This document shows positions 22,985 to 32,120 of a stretch of 64,000 nucleotides of DNA, one piece after another. The translations under genes and the position numbers were made by a program. The notes beneath the pieces are model-generated. The model made no database searches, had not been told where the DNA came from, and saw only the letters and a list, made by a program, of their open reading frames with translations. Source of the stretch: a virus; IMG/VR virus record IMGVR_UViG_3300045988_131485; one strand, written 5' to 3'. The stretch's first letter is position 1, and each line of letters begins with the position of its first letter.

Positions 22985-24322
22985 TATGCTCGTGATGTCC
23001 GTGGTGGCCTGGGCGAGCGCCGGCTGTTCCGCGCCTGTATGGTGCCTCTGGCGAAGGAGTTTTCCGAGTACGTCGCCCCTGTGGTGGCACTGGTACCTGA
23101 GTACGGTCGCTGGGACGATCTGTGGTGCCTGCTGGATACGCCCGTGTGTGACTGTGTGACCGGGCTGGTCAAAGAGCAGCTTTATGACGACGCCCAAAAT
23201 GCGGCAGAGGGCAAACCCATTTCTCTTTTGGCAAAGTGGATGCCCCGCTGCAAGACTTCTTCCAAGCAAACTCGGCATTATGCCCAGATTTTGCGGAAGG
23301 CTGTCGGCATGACTGAGCGCCAGTATCAGCACACCCTCGCCAATCTCTCCCGTTATCTGCTCGTTGTGGAGCAGCAGATGACCGCCAAGCAGTGGGAGGA
23401 AATCGACTATCAGCGTGTCCCCTCTCGTGCCAACCTGCAGTACAACAGCGCTTTCCTCCGTCACGACGAGGATCGCCGACGTGCATTCCTGGGTGCTGTG
23501 GAGAAAGGCGAGGCCAAGATCAACGCTTCTGTTCTCTTCCCGCATGACATCGTACATCGGTACGGTTATGCCGGCAGCACCGACGCCAATCTGGAAGTGC
23601 TGTGGAAGAACCTCCCCGATACGGTGCAGGGCTGTGGTAACACCATCGTGGTGGCCGACGGTTCTGGTAGTATGAGAGTGAGAGTCGGCAATACTGATGT
23701 GTCTGCGCTGGAAGTAGCAAACTCTCTGGCGATCTACTTCGCCGAGCGTTCTTCTGGTCAGTTCAAGGATCAGTACATCACCTTCTCTGAACATCCTCAG
23801 CTGGTCGATTTGAGCAGAGGCAAGAACCTTCGTGAGAAACTGCGGATCGCTGCTACCCATAACGAGGTTGCCAACACCAACATCGAGGCCGTATTCGACC
23901 TGATCCTCACTACGGCGATCAACAAGCACATGGATCAGAGCGATCTTCCCGCGAACATCCTTATCATCTCTGATATGGAGTTCGATGGTTGTGCAACCAC
24001 CGGCGCAATCTCCCATGATAGGTGGGGATATAGCAGACGGGTCGCACCTACTCCCCGCCTGTTTGAGGTAATCGCCCAGCGGTATGCGGAAGCCGGATAT
24101 CAGATTCCTCGTCTGGTATTCTGGAATGTCAACTCCCGTAGCGGCACCATTCCTGTTAAGGAGAACGATTTGGGTGTTGCGTTGGTCAGCGGTTTCTCTC
24201 CCAATATCGCCAAGATGGTAATGAGCGGCCAGACTGATCCTTATGACTGCCTGTTGGAGGCCATCAACGCAGAGCGGTATCAGCAGGTGGACGATGCCCT
24301 TCGTCCTATTATCTCCGCATAA
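22973..24322 (+). pseudogene. DUF2828/TROVE-vWA protein, main (C-terminal) fragment
   Basis: KWLFYARDVRGGLGERRLF...; vWA MIDAS-like VVADGSGSM. The upstream part of ORF 22862..24322 is antisense to tRNA-like gene A and has no SD. Confidence 0.7.
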
Positions 24323-24339
24323 GCAACAAAGTAAACCAT
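24321..24339 (+). repeat. leader motif copy
   Basis: aAGCAACAAAGTAAACCAT, then tAAGGAGG. Confidence 0.5.
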
Positions 24340-24343
24340 TAAG

Positions 24344-24398
24344 GAGGCTCAGAACGATAGAGTAGCAAGTAGCTGTCTACGCTCTGAGCCTCTTTTAT
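24344..24398 (+). terminator. long hairpin followed by a T-run after the DUF2828 gene
   Basis: GAGGCTCAGA/TCTGAGCCTC 10-bp stem with a 29-nt loop, then TTTTATC; the 5-prime arm sequesters an AAGGAGG. Confidence 0.5.
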
Positions 24399-24414
24399 CA
24401 AAGGAGTGAAATAC

Positions 24415-25572
24415 GTGGTATATCTCGACAATGCTGCCAACGCTCCGGTCTTCCCGGAGGTTCTGGAAGCTATGCTCCCCTGGCTCCGGCCCGATCATGT
24501 AGGCAATCCCGGAAGCCTCCATACCCAAGGGGTCAATGCTCGTGAAGCTGTTGAAAATGCCCGCCGCCAGGTAGCTAAAATGATTGGTGCCGATCCCTCA
24601 GAGGTGTTCTTTACCTCTGGTGGCACAGAGTCGAACAATGCGTGGTTGCAAAACTTTGGCGGCGATTTGATTTTAACAACTGCTCTGGAACACGATTCGG
24701 TTCTGGAACCTATGTCTGCACACTGTCATCGCCATTATATCAAAGTCCACAAAGATGGTAGCGTAGACCTAAATGATCTGGAGCGTTTTTTATCGGATGC
24801 CCATACTGCTGAGTCTAACTATTTACCTCGTGATGGACGTTCGACAGCTGTTTCTATCATGTGGGTAAATAATGAGCTGGGCACTGTCAATCCTATGAAA
24901 GAAATCGGAACCCTTTGCAAAAGGTATCATGCCGTATTCCATGCCGATGCTGTGCAGGCGGCAGGCCATGTGAATATGAACGTGAAGGACTGCGGAATTG
25001 ACTTCTGCTCTATGTCCGGTCATAAGTTCGGTGCTCCTCTGGGTGTTGGTGTGCTTTATATCAGCAATTCTATCCGTAAATCCCCGTGGATTATCGGTGG
25101 AGGCCAGGAAAACGGAATGCGTGGTGGTACCGAGAACGTTCCGGGAATTGTAGGAATCGGCAAAGCAGCAGAAATCGTTACTGAACGCCTCCAGAACTGG
25201 AAGCTACGGTGGGGATTGCTCAGAGATACATTCTTAACTGATTTGGGGCTAAGAATGCCTGGGGAGTTCTATATCAACGGTGATAGCGAGAACTATTCTT
25301 CTAACATCATCAGCCTGACCATCCCTGGCGTCAACAGCGAATCTCTGCTTCTTCTGTTGGATCAGTTGGATATCTACCTTTCTGCTGGTTCTGCGTGCAG
25401 CGCTGCCAGTGCTAAATCCTCTCACGTTTTGCGTGGTATTGGAATGTCTGATGAAGATGCGGCCTGTACTGTGCGTATTTCAATGGGGTTCAATACCACT
25501 GTTAATGAGATGCACGAAGCGGCAGAGGCTATCGTGACTGCCTCTCATAAGCTGAAATCCATGTATTCTTGA
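24415..25572 (+). CDS. cysteine desulfurase (class V aminotransferase, NifS/IscS-like)
   Basis: SMSGHKFGAP (PLP lysine), RGGTENV, SAGSACSA (active-site Cys). GTG 24415 lies 8 nt after AAGGAG (the ORF track starts at 24406). Confidence 0.9.
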   Translation: MVYLDNAANAPVFPEVLEAMLPWLRPDHVGNPGSLHTQGVNAREAVENARRQVAKMIGADPSEVFFTSGGTESNNAWLQNFGGDLILTTALEHDSVLEPMSAHCHRHYIKVHKDGSVDLNDLERFLSDAHTAESNYLPRDGRSTAVSIMWVNNELGTVNPMKEIGTLCKRYHAVFHADAVQAAGHVNMNVKDCGIDFCSMSGHKFGAPLGVGVLYISNSIRKSPWIIGGGQENGMRGGTENVPGIVGIGKAAEIVTERLQNWKLRWGLLRDTFLTDLGLRMPGEFYINGDSENYSSNIISLTIPGVNSESLLLLLDQLDIYLSAGSACSAASAKSSHVLRGIGMSDEDAACTVRISMGFNTTVNEMHEAAEAIVTASHKLKSMYS

Positions 25573-25573
25573 T

Positions 25574-25592
25574 TAGTGGCAAAGTAAATTAA
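25574..25592 (+). repeat. leader motif copy
   Basis: TAGTGGCAAAGTAAATTAA, then cAAGGAG. Confidence 0.45.
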
Positions 25593-25607
25593 CAAGGAGT
25601 GAATATA

Positions 25608-27007
25608 ATGTATTGTGCCTATGTTACCAGGATTCACAATCTGAGGAAGCATACCAATGCCGACCGGCTGCTCTGTGGCGAATGTTTCGGTAATACGGTG
25701 ATTGTGGATCTCGGCACCGACCCTGATCAGCTGGGCGTGTACTTCCCTACCGATGGCAAACTCGGTTTGGAGTTCGCACAGAAGAATGACTTGCTGCGGC
25801 GCAAGGATGAGAACGGCGCTCCGGCTGGCGGATACCTTGACCCGGAGAAGCGGAATATTAAGGCTCTCAAGCTCCGGGGCGAGAAGAGCGACGGTCTGTT
25901 CCTCCCTCTCTCCTGTTTAGCTTCTTTTACCGATATCAAGAAGCTCCAAGAGGGCGATACGATCTCTGTGTTGAACGGTATCACTATCTGCGAGAAGTAC
26001 GTACCCGCCGTCAAACGCGCCTCCGGTAGTGGGGGGGTGGCAATCATGTTCGTAAGCGTTCTGATCCTATCTCCCCGCTCTTCCAAGAACACGCTGACAC
26101 GGAGCAGTTGGCCTACAACCTCTCCGCATTCCATGCTGGGGATCTGGTAGAAGTTACCCTGAAAATGCACGGAACTTCTCAGCGTACCGGCTATCTGCCT
26201 GTGTTGCAGGGCTATAAATATCGGAACCGTATGGAAAAGCGGCTCTATGAGAGTCGTAAGACCCCGAATGTGATTCGTTCCAAAATCAAGCGGGCACCCA
26301 TCTATGATTGGGGCTATGTTACCGGAACCCGCCGCGTGGTTCTGGATACCTTCGATGAGGGAGGCTTCTACGGTAATAACGCTTTCCGCGAAAAACACGC
26401 CAACGTCTTTGAAGGAAAGCTCCACAAGGGAGAGACGGTCTACTACGAGGTTGTTGGCTTCACTGACGATGGTACGCCCATCATGAATCCCGGAAACAAC
26501 TCTAAGCTGAACGACAAGGAGTTTACTAAACAGTACGGTAAAACCACCACATTCAGCTATGGCTGCGCTCCCGATGGTAAGGAACATCCCAAGTCCGATC
26601 TTTTCGTTTACCGCATGACAATGACCAACGAAGACGGTGATGTGGTGGAGTATCCGCCCGACTTTATGCGCTATCGTTGCGAACAGATGGGCGTCAAATG
26701 CGTCCAAGTGTTCTGCCGCACTATCATCCCGGACTTCTACCAGCTCCCCGACGATGTTGGATCTCCGCAGGCAGTGAACGCCGGCGAGTATGTGAAGAAG
26801 CTGGCTGAGAATTTCTACGACGGCCCCGATCCTGTCGGCCATACCCATGTTCGGGAAGGTGTCGTGTGCCGTATTGTCAACCGTCCCAAGTTCGCCGCCT
26901 ATAAGCATAAAAACTTTGCGTTCAAGGCGCTGGAGGGACTGATCAAAGACACCGCCGCCGCGCCTGATATGGAAGAAGCTCAGGATGTTGGAGAACAGAA
27001 TGGATGA
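25608..27007 (+). CDS. ATP-dependent RNA ligase (N-terminal OB-like domain plus nucleotidyltransferase domain), reading frame broken at a G7 run
   Basis: Frame 1 runs 25608-26037 and frame 2 continues ..GGNHVRKRSDPISPLFQEHADTEQL...VTLKMHGTSQR (ligase motif I). One extra G in 26031-26037 joins the two frames. Confidence 0.7.
26031..26037 (+). repeat. G7 homopolymer at the RNA ligase frame break
   Basis: agtGGGGGGGtgg; a -1 shift or +1 nt restores the ORF. Confidence 0.9.
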
Positions 27008-27116
27008 AAAAGTCGTTTTTGGCTTTATCAACAACTTCAAAGCTGGGCAGATATGGAGCAGCTTGACTCAAGCCTATACCGGAGAATGATCCGGGATTGT
27101 ATCAAAAAGGAGCGAT

Positions 27117-27950
27117 ATGACGATGACGACTTTGATCCAGAATGAGCAGAAGCGCCAGAAGATTATGGCGCGGATGCGGGAACATCTGGTGCCCGTCTTG
27201 GAGCATTGCAGGGGAGGCTGGGTCGGCCTCTTCCTGCAAGGTTCTCAGAATTATAACCTTGACTATGAGGGTAGCGATATTGACACCAAGGCAATCATGT
27301 TGCCCAGCTTTTCCGATTTCGTGTTGAACGCCAAACCTCTCAGCACTACCCACATTATGGAGAATAACGAACACGTGGATTTCAAAGACATCCGCCTCAT
27401 GTTTGACTGTATCAAGAAGCAGAATGTCAACTTTGTTGAGATCCTGTTCACCCCTTACTCCATCATCAACCCGGAGTATGCCGATCTTTTCCAGCCTGTT
27501 CTGGACGCTCGTGAAGAGATTGCCCGATACAACAACTACGCCGGGATGAACTGCATTATGGGTATGGCTCTGGAAAAGCAAAAGGCAATGGAGCACCCCT
27601 ACCCTGCCACAATGGACAAGATTGAGGCATTTGGGTATGACCCGAAGCAGCTTCACCATGCTCTGCGGCTGCGGGAGTTTATGACCCGTTACGAAGCCGG
27701 CGAGCCTTACGCTGACTGTCTTATCAGTAACCAGTGTGATTATCTCAAAGAGGTGAAGCGCGGTTGCTACTCTTTGAAAGAAGCACGGGCACTGATGAGC
27801 ACTGCAATTCAATCTATGACCGAAGACAAAAAGCGCTATATGGATACGGTGTCTGTTTCGATCAACCAGCACGCCAATGAGGTACTGCAAAAGGCTACCG
27901 TTGAAATTCTCAAACGATCCTTCTTAAAGGAAATCCAAGGAGGAGAATGA
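27117..27950 (+). CDS. Pol-beta-superfamily nucleotidyltransferase (RlaP-like, RNA-ligase-associated)
   Basis: LQGSQNYNLDYEGSDIDTKAI (GS..D.D motif) plus a helical C-terminal region with KQLHHALRL; AAGGAG SD. Confidence 0.6.
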   Translation: MTMTTLIQNEQKRQKIMARMREHLVPVLEHCRGGWVGLFLQGSQNYNLDYEGSDIDTKAIMLPSFSDFVLNAKPLSTTHIMENNEHVDFKDIRLMFDCIKKQNVNFVEILFTPYSIINPEYADLFQPVLDAREEIARYNNYAGMNCIMGMALEKQKAMEHPYPATMDKIEAFGYDPKQLHHALRLREFMTRYEAGEPYADCLISNQCDYLKEVKRGCYSLKEARALMSTAIQSMTEDKKRYMDTVSVSINQHANEVLQKATVEILKRSFLKEIQGGE

Positions 27951-27951
27951 G

Positions 27952-28866
27952 ATGCCGATGTTTTACATGATGGTTGGCCTCCCTGGTAGCGGGAAGTCAT
28001 TCACTGCCGAAAGCATCCCTAACGCCGTCGTCCACTCCAGCGATGCGATCCGTGCCGAAGTTCTTGGTGACGAGAACGACCAAACCCAACAGGACTTGGT
28101 TTTCCAAACCCTTCACAAAAGGGTTTTGCAGGATCTGGTGGATGGCAAGGATGTGGTGTACGACGCAACCAATATCAACTACAAGCGCCGTATCGGATTC
28201 CTTGATCGTATCCGAGCGCTCCACAAACATGATTTGCGTACAGTATGTCTTTTCATGGCGACGCCCTATGAGGTGTGTTTGGAGCGCAACAATAATCGGG
28301 AACGTTCTGTCCCGGAGTCTGTAATCCAAAAGATGTACTTCAAATTCGATGTTCCTATGATGGCAGAGGGTTGGGATGAAATCAGGATCGTGGGTGACGA
28401 AGATCGCCACGACCAGATTGATACCCTTATGCTTCGTCTCTCCAAGCTGGAACATGATAACCCGCACCATGAGTACACGGTTGGTCAGCACTCTATGACG
28501 GCATGGCAGTATCTGATCAGCCACTATAAAGGTGCCGATGCTGCTCTGCTCCGCGCCACGCTGTTGCACGATATTGGCAAAGAAAAGACTAAAGTATTTC
28601 ATAACATCAAAGGCAACCCCACTGAGATCGCCCACTTCTATCATCATGAGCGTGTAGGAGCTTATGACAGCTTCTGCTATACCGGCGATCTCAGTCCTAA
28701 CCAGCGCCTTACTGTGGCGCTGCTGATCCGCTGGCATATGTGGCCGTATGCGGTTGAAAAGTCAGATAATCCGAGTAAGACGGTTAGCAAAATCAAACGT
28801 CTGCTTGGTAATGATATCTGGAACCAGGTCATGGTGTTGAACGCCTGTGACCGCAATGCACACTGA
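27952..28866 (+). CDS. P-loop (polynucleotide) kinase fused to an HD phosphohydrolase domain
   Basis: MVGLPGSGKSF Walker A; LLHDIGKE and HHERVG HD-type motifs. Confidence 0.7.
   Translation: MPMFYMMVGLPGSGKSFTAESIPNAVVHSSDAIRAEVLGDENDQTQQDLVFQTLHKRVLQDLVDGKDVVYDATNINYKRRIGFLDRIRALHKHDLRTVCLFMATPYEVCLERNNNRERSVPESVIQKMYFKFDVPMMAEGWDEIRIVGDEDRHDQIDTLMLRLSKLEHDNPHHEYTVGQHSMTAWQYLISHYKGADAALLRATLLHDIGKEKTKVFHNIKGNPTEIAHFYHHERVGAYDSFCYTGDLSPNQRLTVALLIRWHMWPYAVEKSDNPSKTVSKIKRLLGNDIWNQVMVLNACDRNAH
28782..28817 (+). promoter_or_regulatory. possible internal copy of early-type repeat
   Basis: GGTTAGCAAA-N13-TTGGTAATGATAT inside the 3-prime end of the kinase-HD CDS, 65 nt before the next start. Confidence 0.25.
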
Positions 28867-28882
28867 ATAGGAGGAAATAACT

Positions 28883-29341
28883 ATGATTCCCGACATGATC
28901 CACACTCCCTACATCGCTCCCCGCATCTCTGTTATGGCACCCCCCCCGGTAACTGCTGAACGGTTCGTTGATGAGCTTCTGAGCGGCCTGTGTATGCCGG
29001 ACGGCGGCTTTGTTGCCCATCTCGCTCCCAGCGGAGATCCTTTCTCCAACGGTTGGAATGCGGCAATGAAGCTCCAAGCCAGTCAGCCTACTTCTCGCTG
29101 TTTGCCGATGCCCGTCAATGTGATCTTTCACAACCCGGCCACCATCGTGTTCTGGGATGACGGTGATAAGACGGTTGTGAAGTGCCAGCCCGGTGATACA
29201 TTCAGCGCCGAAGCCGGCCTGACTGCTGCCATGCTGAAGAAGTACATGGGCAACGACAATACTTTCAACAAGGTCATCAACGAGTGGCTGGCTCGTGCCA
29301 GCTATGCCAGCGTCCCCGCTCTGCCGGAGGCCACAGAGTAA
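28883..29341 (+). CDS. hypothetical protein
   Basis: AGGAGG SD; contains an in-frame C8 run at 28940-28947. Confidence 0.6.
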   Translation: MIPDMIHTPYIAPRISVMAPPPVTAERFVDELLSGLCMPDGGFVAHLAPSGDPFSNGWNAAMKLQASQPTSRCLPMPVNVIFHNPATIVFWDDGDKTVVKCQPGDTFSAEAGLTAAMLKKYMGNDNTFNKVINEWLARASYASVPALPEATE

Positions 29342-29408
29342 CCAATGGACGGTATCATCCTACTGCTTTTGGCTCTGGTGCTGATTTATACGGTAGGATC
29401 GGGCGGCG

Positions 29409-30383
29409 ATGACGACAATCATTGGAACCGGGGAGGTGGGTGCTTTGCATAGCAGAGAAGAGTTGGAAGAGATGCAGCACCTGCCTCTCCAACGCAAAAT
29501 CCAGATCACTACTGCTCGTATCATCGAGTGGTATCAGCACTACGACGGGAAGGTCTATGTGGCATTTAGCGGTGGTAAGGATTCTACCGTACTACTCGAT
29601 ATTGTGCGGCGGATCTACCCCGATGTGCCTGCTGTTTTCTCTGATACCGGGCTTGAGTTCCCGGAAGTCAGAGAATTTGTTAAGAGCTGTGAAAACGTTA
29701 CGATTGTCCGGCCTGAGATGAACTTCCGTAAAGTTATTGAGGTGTACGGATATCCCGTTGTCTCGAAGCGTGTAGCTGACACTGTGGAATATGGGCATAA
29801 GCCTGGTTCTTTCAGATGGAAAGAGCTACATGGAGAGATCATGCGGAGCAACGGAACGCCGTCAGAGTTCAACTGTGAAAAATGGTGCTATCTATTGGAT
29901 GCCCCATTCAAGGTTTCTTCTCGGTGCTGTACAATCATGAAGAAGCAGCCTATGAAGAAATACTCCAAGGAAACTGGTCGAGTGCCTATTATTGCAACTA
30001 TGGCAAACGAGAGCAGATCTCGGCGTGCCACATGGTTACGTATGGGATGCAATGCTTTTTCCGGTAAGAAGCCCAGCTCCCAACCCATGTCTTTTTGGAC
30101 TGAGGAAGATGTGCTGGAATACCTCTATACCTATCAAGTCCCCTACGCTTCGGTTTATGGCGAGATCGTCAGAACTGATAGGGGGGGGTGGACGACGACA
30201 GGCGAAAAGCGTACTGGCTGTGTCTTTTGTGCCTTTGGCGCTCACCTTGAAAAAGCTCCAAACCGTTTCCAGCGTCTAAAAATCACGCACCCAAAGCTCT
30301 GGGATTACTGCATGAGGCCGTGGGAAGAACATGGTTTGGGTATGCGGCAAGTCCTTGAGTATATTGGTATTCCGGTAGAATAA
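29409..30383 (+). CDS. PAPS-reductase-family PP-loop ATP pyrophosphatase
   Basis: VAFSGGKDSTVLLDI; C-terminal RTGCVFCAFG; in-frame G8 run at 30181-30188; the start is uncertain (alternative ATG 29472). Confidence 0.8.
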   Translation: MTTIIGTGEVGALHSREELEEMQHLPLQRKIQITTARIIEWYQHYDGKVYVAFSGGKDSTVLLDIVRRIYPDVPAVFSDTGLEFPEVREFVKSCENVTIVRPEMNFRKVIEVYGYPVVSKRVADTVEYGHKPGSFRWKELHGEIMRSNGTPSEFNCEKWCYLLDAPFKVSSRCCTIMKKQPMKKYSKETGRVPIIATMANESRSRRATWLRMGCNAFSGKKPSSQPMSFWTEEDVLEYLYTYQVPYASVYGEIVRTDRGGWTTTGEKRTGCVFCAFGAHLEKAPNRFQRLKITHPKLWDYCMRPWEEHGLGMRQVLEYIGIPVE

Positions 30384-30406
30384 TACAAATAAAAAAGGAG
30401 CGCCTT

Positions 30407-31063
30407 ATGATTGATGTAATGGAAAACATCAAAAAACTCTCCGCCGCTTTGGATGCGGAAACTGCAAGCCTACATCCTTCCGGCAAGCTGCTTCTGCTTG
30501 GTTCTCAGGATAGCGTGTTCCTGAAAGCCATCAAGCGTAAGGCAGACCAGCTTGGTATCAACTGTGATCATACGTCCAACCCTCTCCCTCCCTATCGAGG
30601 GATTGTTGTGGATAGTGAAACAGTGTCGTTCAACTCTATTCTCGATCCTGATGTGGATATTGACCACTCTTATTCTCCCGGAATGTCGGCGGTCTCTCAA
30701 GCAGTCATGGATTTGCTAATTGAGTCTGGATTGGTATGGGAGAAGGATATTACCATCGTAGGCCGAGGGCACGCCGTTAAAGAACTGGCGAAGTATTTGG
30801 ACTTTAACAACGCGACGGTTACAGTAGCACATTCCAAAACAAAAAGCCTGTTGCAAGCTACGCAGAACCGGGATGTGGTGATTTACGCAACTCCGATTAT
30901 CACGCAGGATATTTCCTACAATACCCGCGATCTGGTTATTGATCTGGGAAACAGCGTCCCGCATCCTGACCGGCTTAATTGCCCCTATGTAAATCGGATC
31001 GGACAGCTTACCGTAAGTATATTGCTGAACCGTTTTGCAAAGAAGGAGTCGGTATGGATCTGA
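30407..31063 (+). CDS. FolD-like (methylene-THF dehydrogenase/cyclohydrolase-like) protein, divergent
   Basis: ITIVGRGHAVKELAKYLDFNNATVTVAHSKTKSL...DVVIYATP...VIDLG matches the FolD NAD(P)-binding half. Confidence 0.5.
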   Translation: MIDVMENIKKLSAALDAETASLHPSGKLLLLGSQDSVFLKAIKRKADQLGINCDHTSNPLPPYRGIVVDSETVSFNSILDPDVDIDHSYSPGMSAVSQAVMDLLIESGLVWEKDITIVGRGHAVKELAKYLDFNNATVTVAHSKTKSLLQATQNRDVVIYATPIITQDISYNTRDLVIDLGNSVPHPDRLNCPYVNRIGQLTVSILLNRFAKKESVWI

Positions 31064-31264
31064 AATTCAACACAGTATATTTTACCCAAAAACCTATTCC
31101 GCTGCCCCATGCGATTTTTAAGGGCGGCGAAAATAATTCAAATTTAGAAAGGAGCTAATACCAATCCCGGTAAACCGGGTTTCTACAAGATTGATAAGTG
31201 TAGAGTAAAGCCGTCTGTTACAGCGTGAAAGCCATCTGGCCGGTAGCAAGGGAGGATTAGACGG

Positions 31265-32107
31265 TTGACCTCAGCCGAGATGGTTGTGGTCGGTATGAAG
31301 CACATCGTTTGTTTTTCTGGCGGTCATTCCTCTGCGATTGCCGCCGTGGAAGTAGTTAGAAAGTTCGGAGCAGAGGACACGATCTTGCTCAATCATGATT
31401 TGTGTCCTCGAACCGAAGACGCTGATATCAAGCGTTTCAAAAAACAGGTTTCGGATTATCTGGGCGTTCCCATTACTTACGCCAATATGCCCGGATGGTA
31501 TGTTAAGGATCAGTTCGACGTGTGTATGGAAATCAAGGCGTTTAAGGCTGGCGCTCAGTCCACCGCCTTTTGCACCAACAGACTGAAAACCGAACCTTTT
31601 CATAAATGGCTGTCCGAGCACTATCCCGCAAATCCTCCCGAAGTAAGGGACGATATCTCATTAGTCTATGGCTTTGACGCCAATGAACAGCACCGTATTC
31701 GGCGCAGAGTTGGCATTATGGCCGCGATGGGGTACCAAACAGAGTACCCTTTGACATGGGAGGTACGTACTATCCATGACATCGAGGAGGTTGGGATTGA
31801 GCGTCCGAAGACCTACAGCATTTTCAATCATGCAAATTGTACCGGGTGTCTGAAAGCCGGCAAACAACATTGGTTTGTTGTTTATTGCCTCTATCCTAAA
31901 ATATGGGAAAAGGCGAAGCTGGCCGAAGACACAATCGGGTACAGTATTCTCAAACAAGGCTATCTTTCAGACTTTGAGGCGGAATTTGCCAAGCTCAAAG
32001 AAAAGGCGTTGCCGCCCACTGAAAAAGCCAAACCTCAAACATTTTGGGCCGCTGCACGAAAGCTCATCAAGGACGACGATGATCTACCGTGTGAGTGCTC
32101 ATTTTAA
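31265..32107 (+). CDS. second PP-loop ATPase (PAPS-reductase-like)
   Basis: IVCFSGGHSSAIAA; TTG start 8 nt after AGGGAGGA. Confidence 0.6.
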   Translation: MTSAEMVVVGMKHIVCFSGGHSSAIAAVEVVRKFGAEDTILLNHDLCPRTEDADIKRFKKQVSDYLGVPITYANMPGWYVKDQFDVCMEIKAFKAGAQSTAFCTNRLKTEPFHKWLSEHYPANPPEVRDDISLVYGFDANEQHRIRRRVGIMAAMGYQTEYPLTWEVRTIHDIEEVGIERPKTYSIFNHANCTGCLKAGKQHWFVVYCLYPKIWEKAKLAEDTIGYSILKQGYLSDFEAEFAKLKEKALPPTEKAKPQTFWAAARKLIKDDDDLPCECSF

Positions 32108-32120
32108 GGAGTTGTTTAAG

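Noticed and set aside
22718-24016. Upstream part of the 488-aa minus-strand ORF 22550..24016
   Set aside because: It is antisense to the DUF2828 coding region. Only the last 55 codons (22550-22717), which have their own AAGGAGGTG SD and lie outside that gene, were kept as a low-confidence small ORF.
25727-27040. 437-aa minus-strand ORF
   Set aside because: It is a shadow of the RNA ligase gene. The same reasoning applies to the long minus-strand ORFs 3180..4229, 7325..8299, 9900..10838, 27102..27890, 27997..28737, 32662..33477, 33985..35031, 35036..35734, 47673..48608, 50350..51333, 54677..55525, 56564..57295, 60724..61371, 61651..62505 and 62934..63731. All of these overlap plus-strand genes with recognisable motifs or good SD sites.
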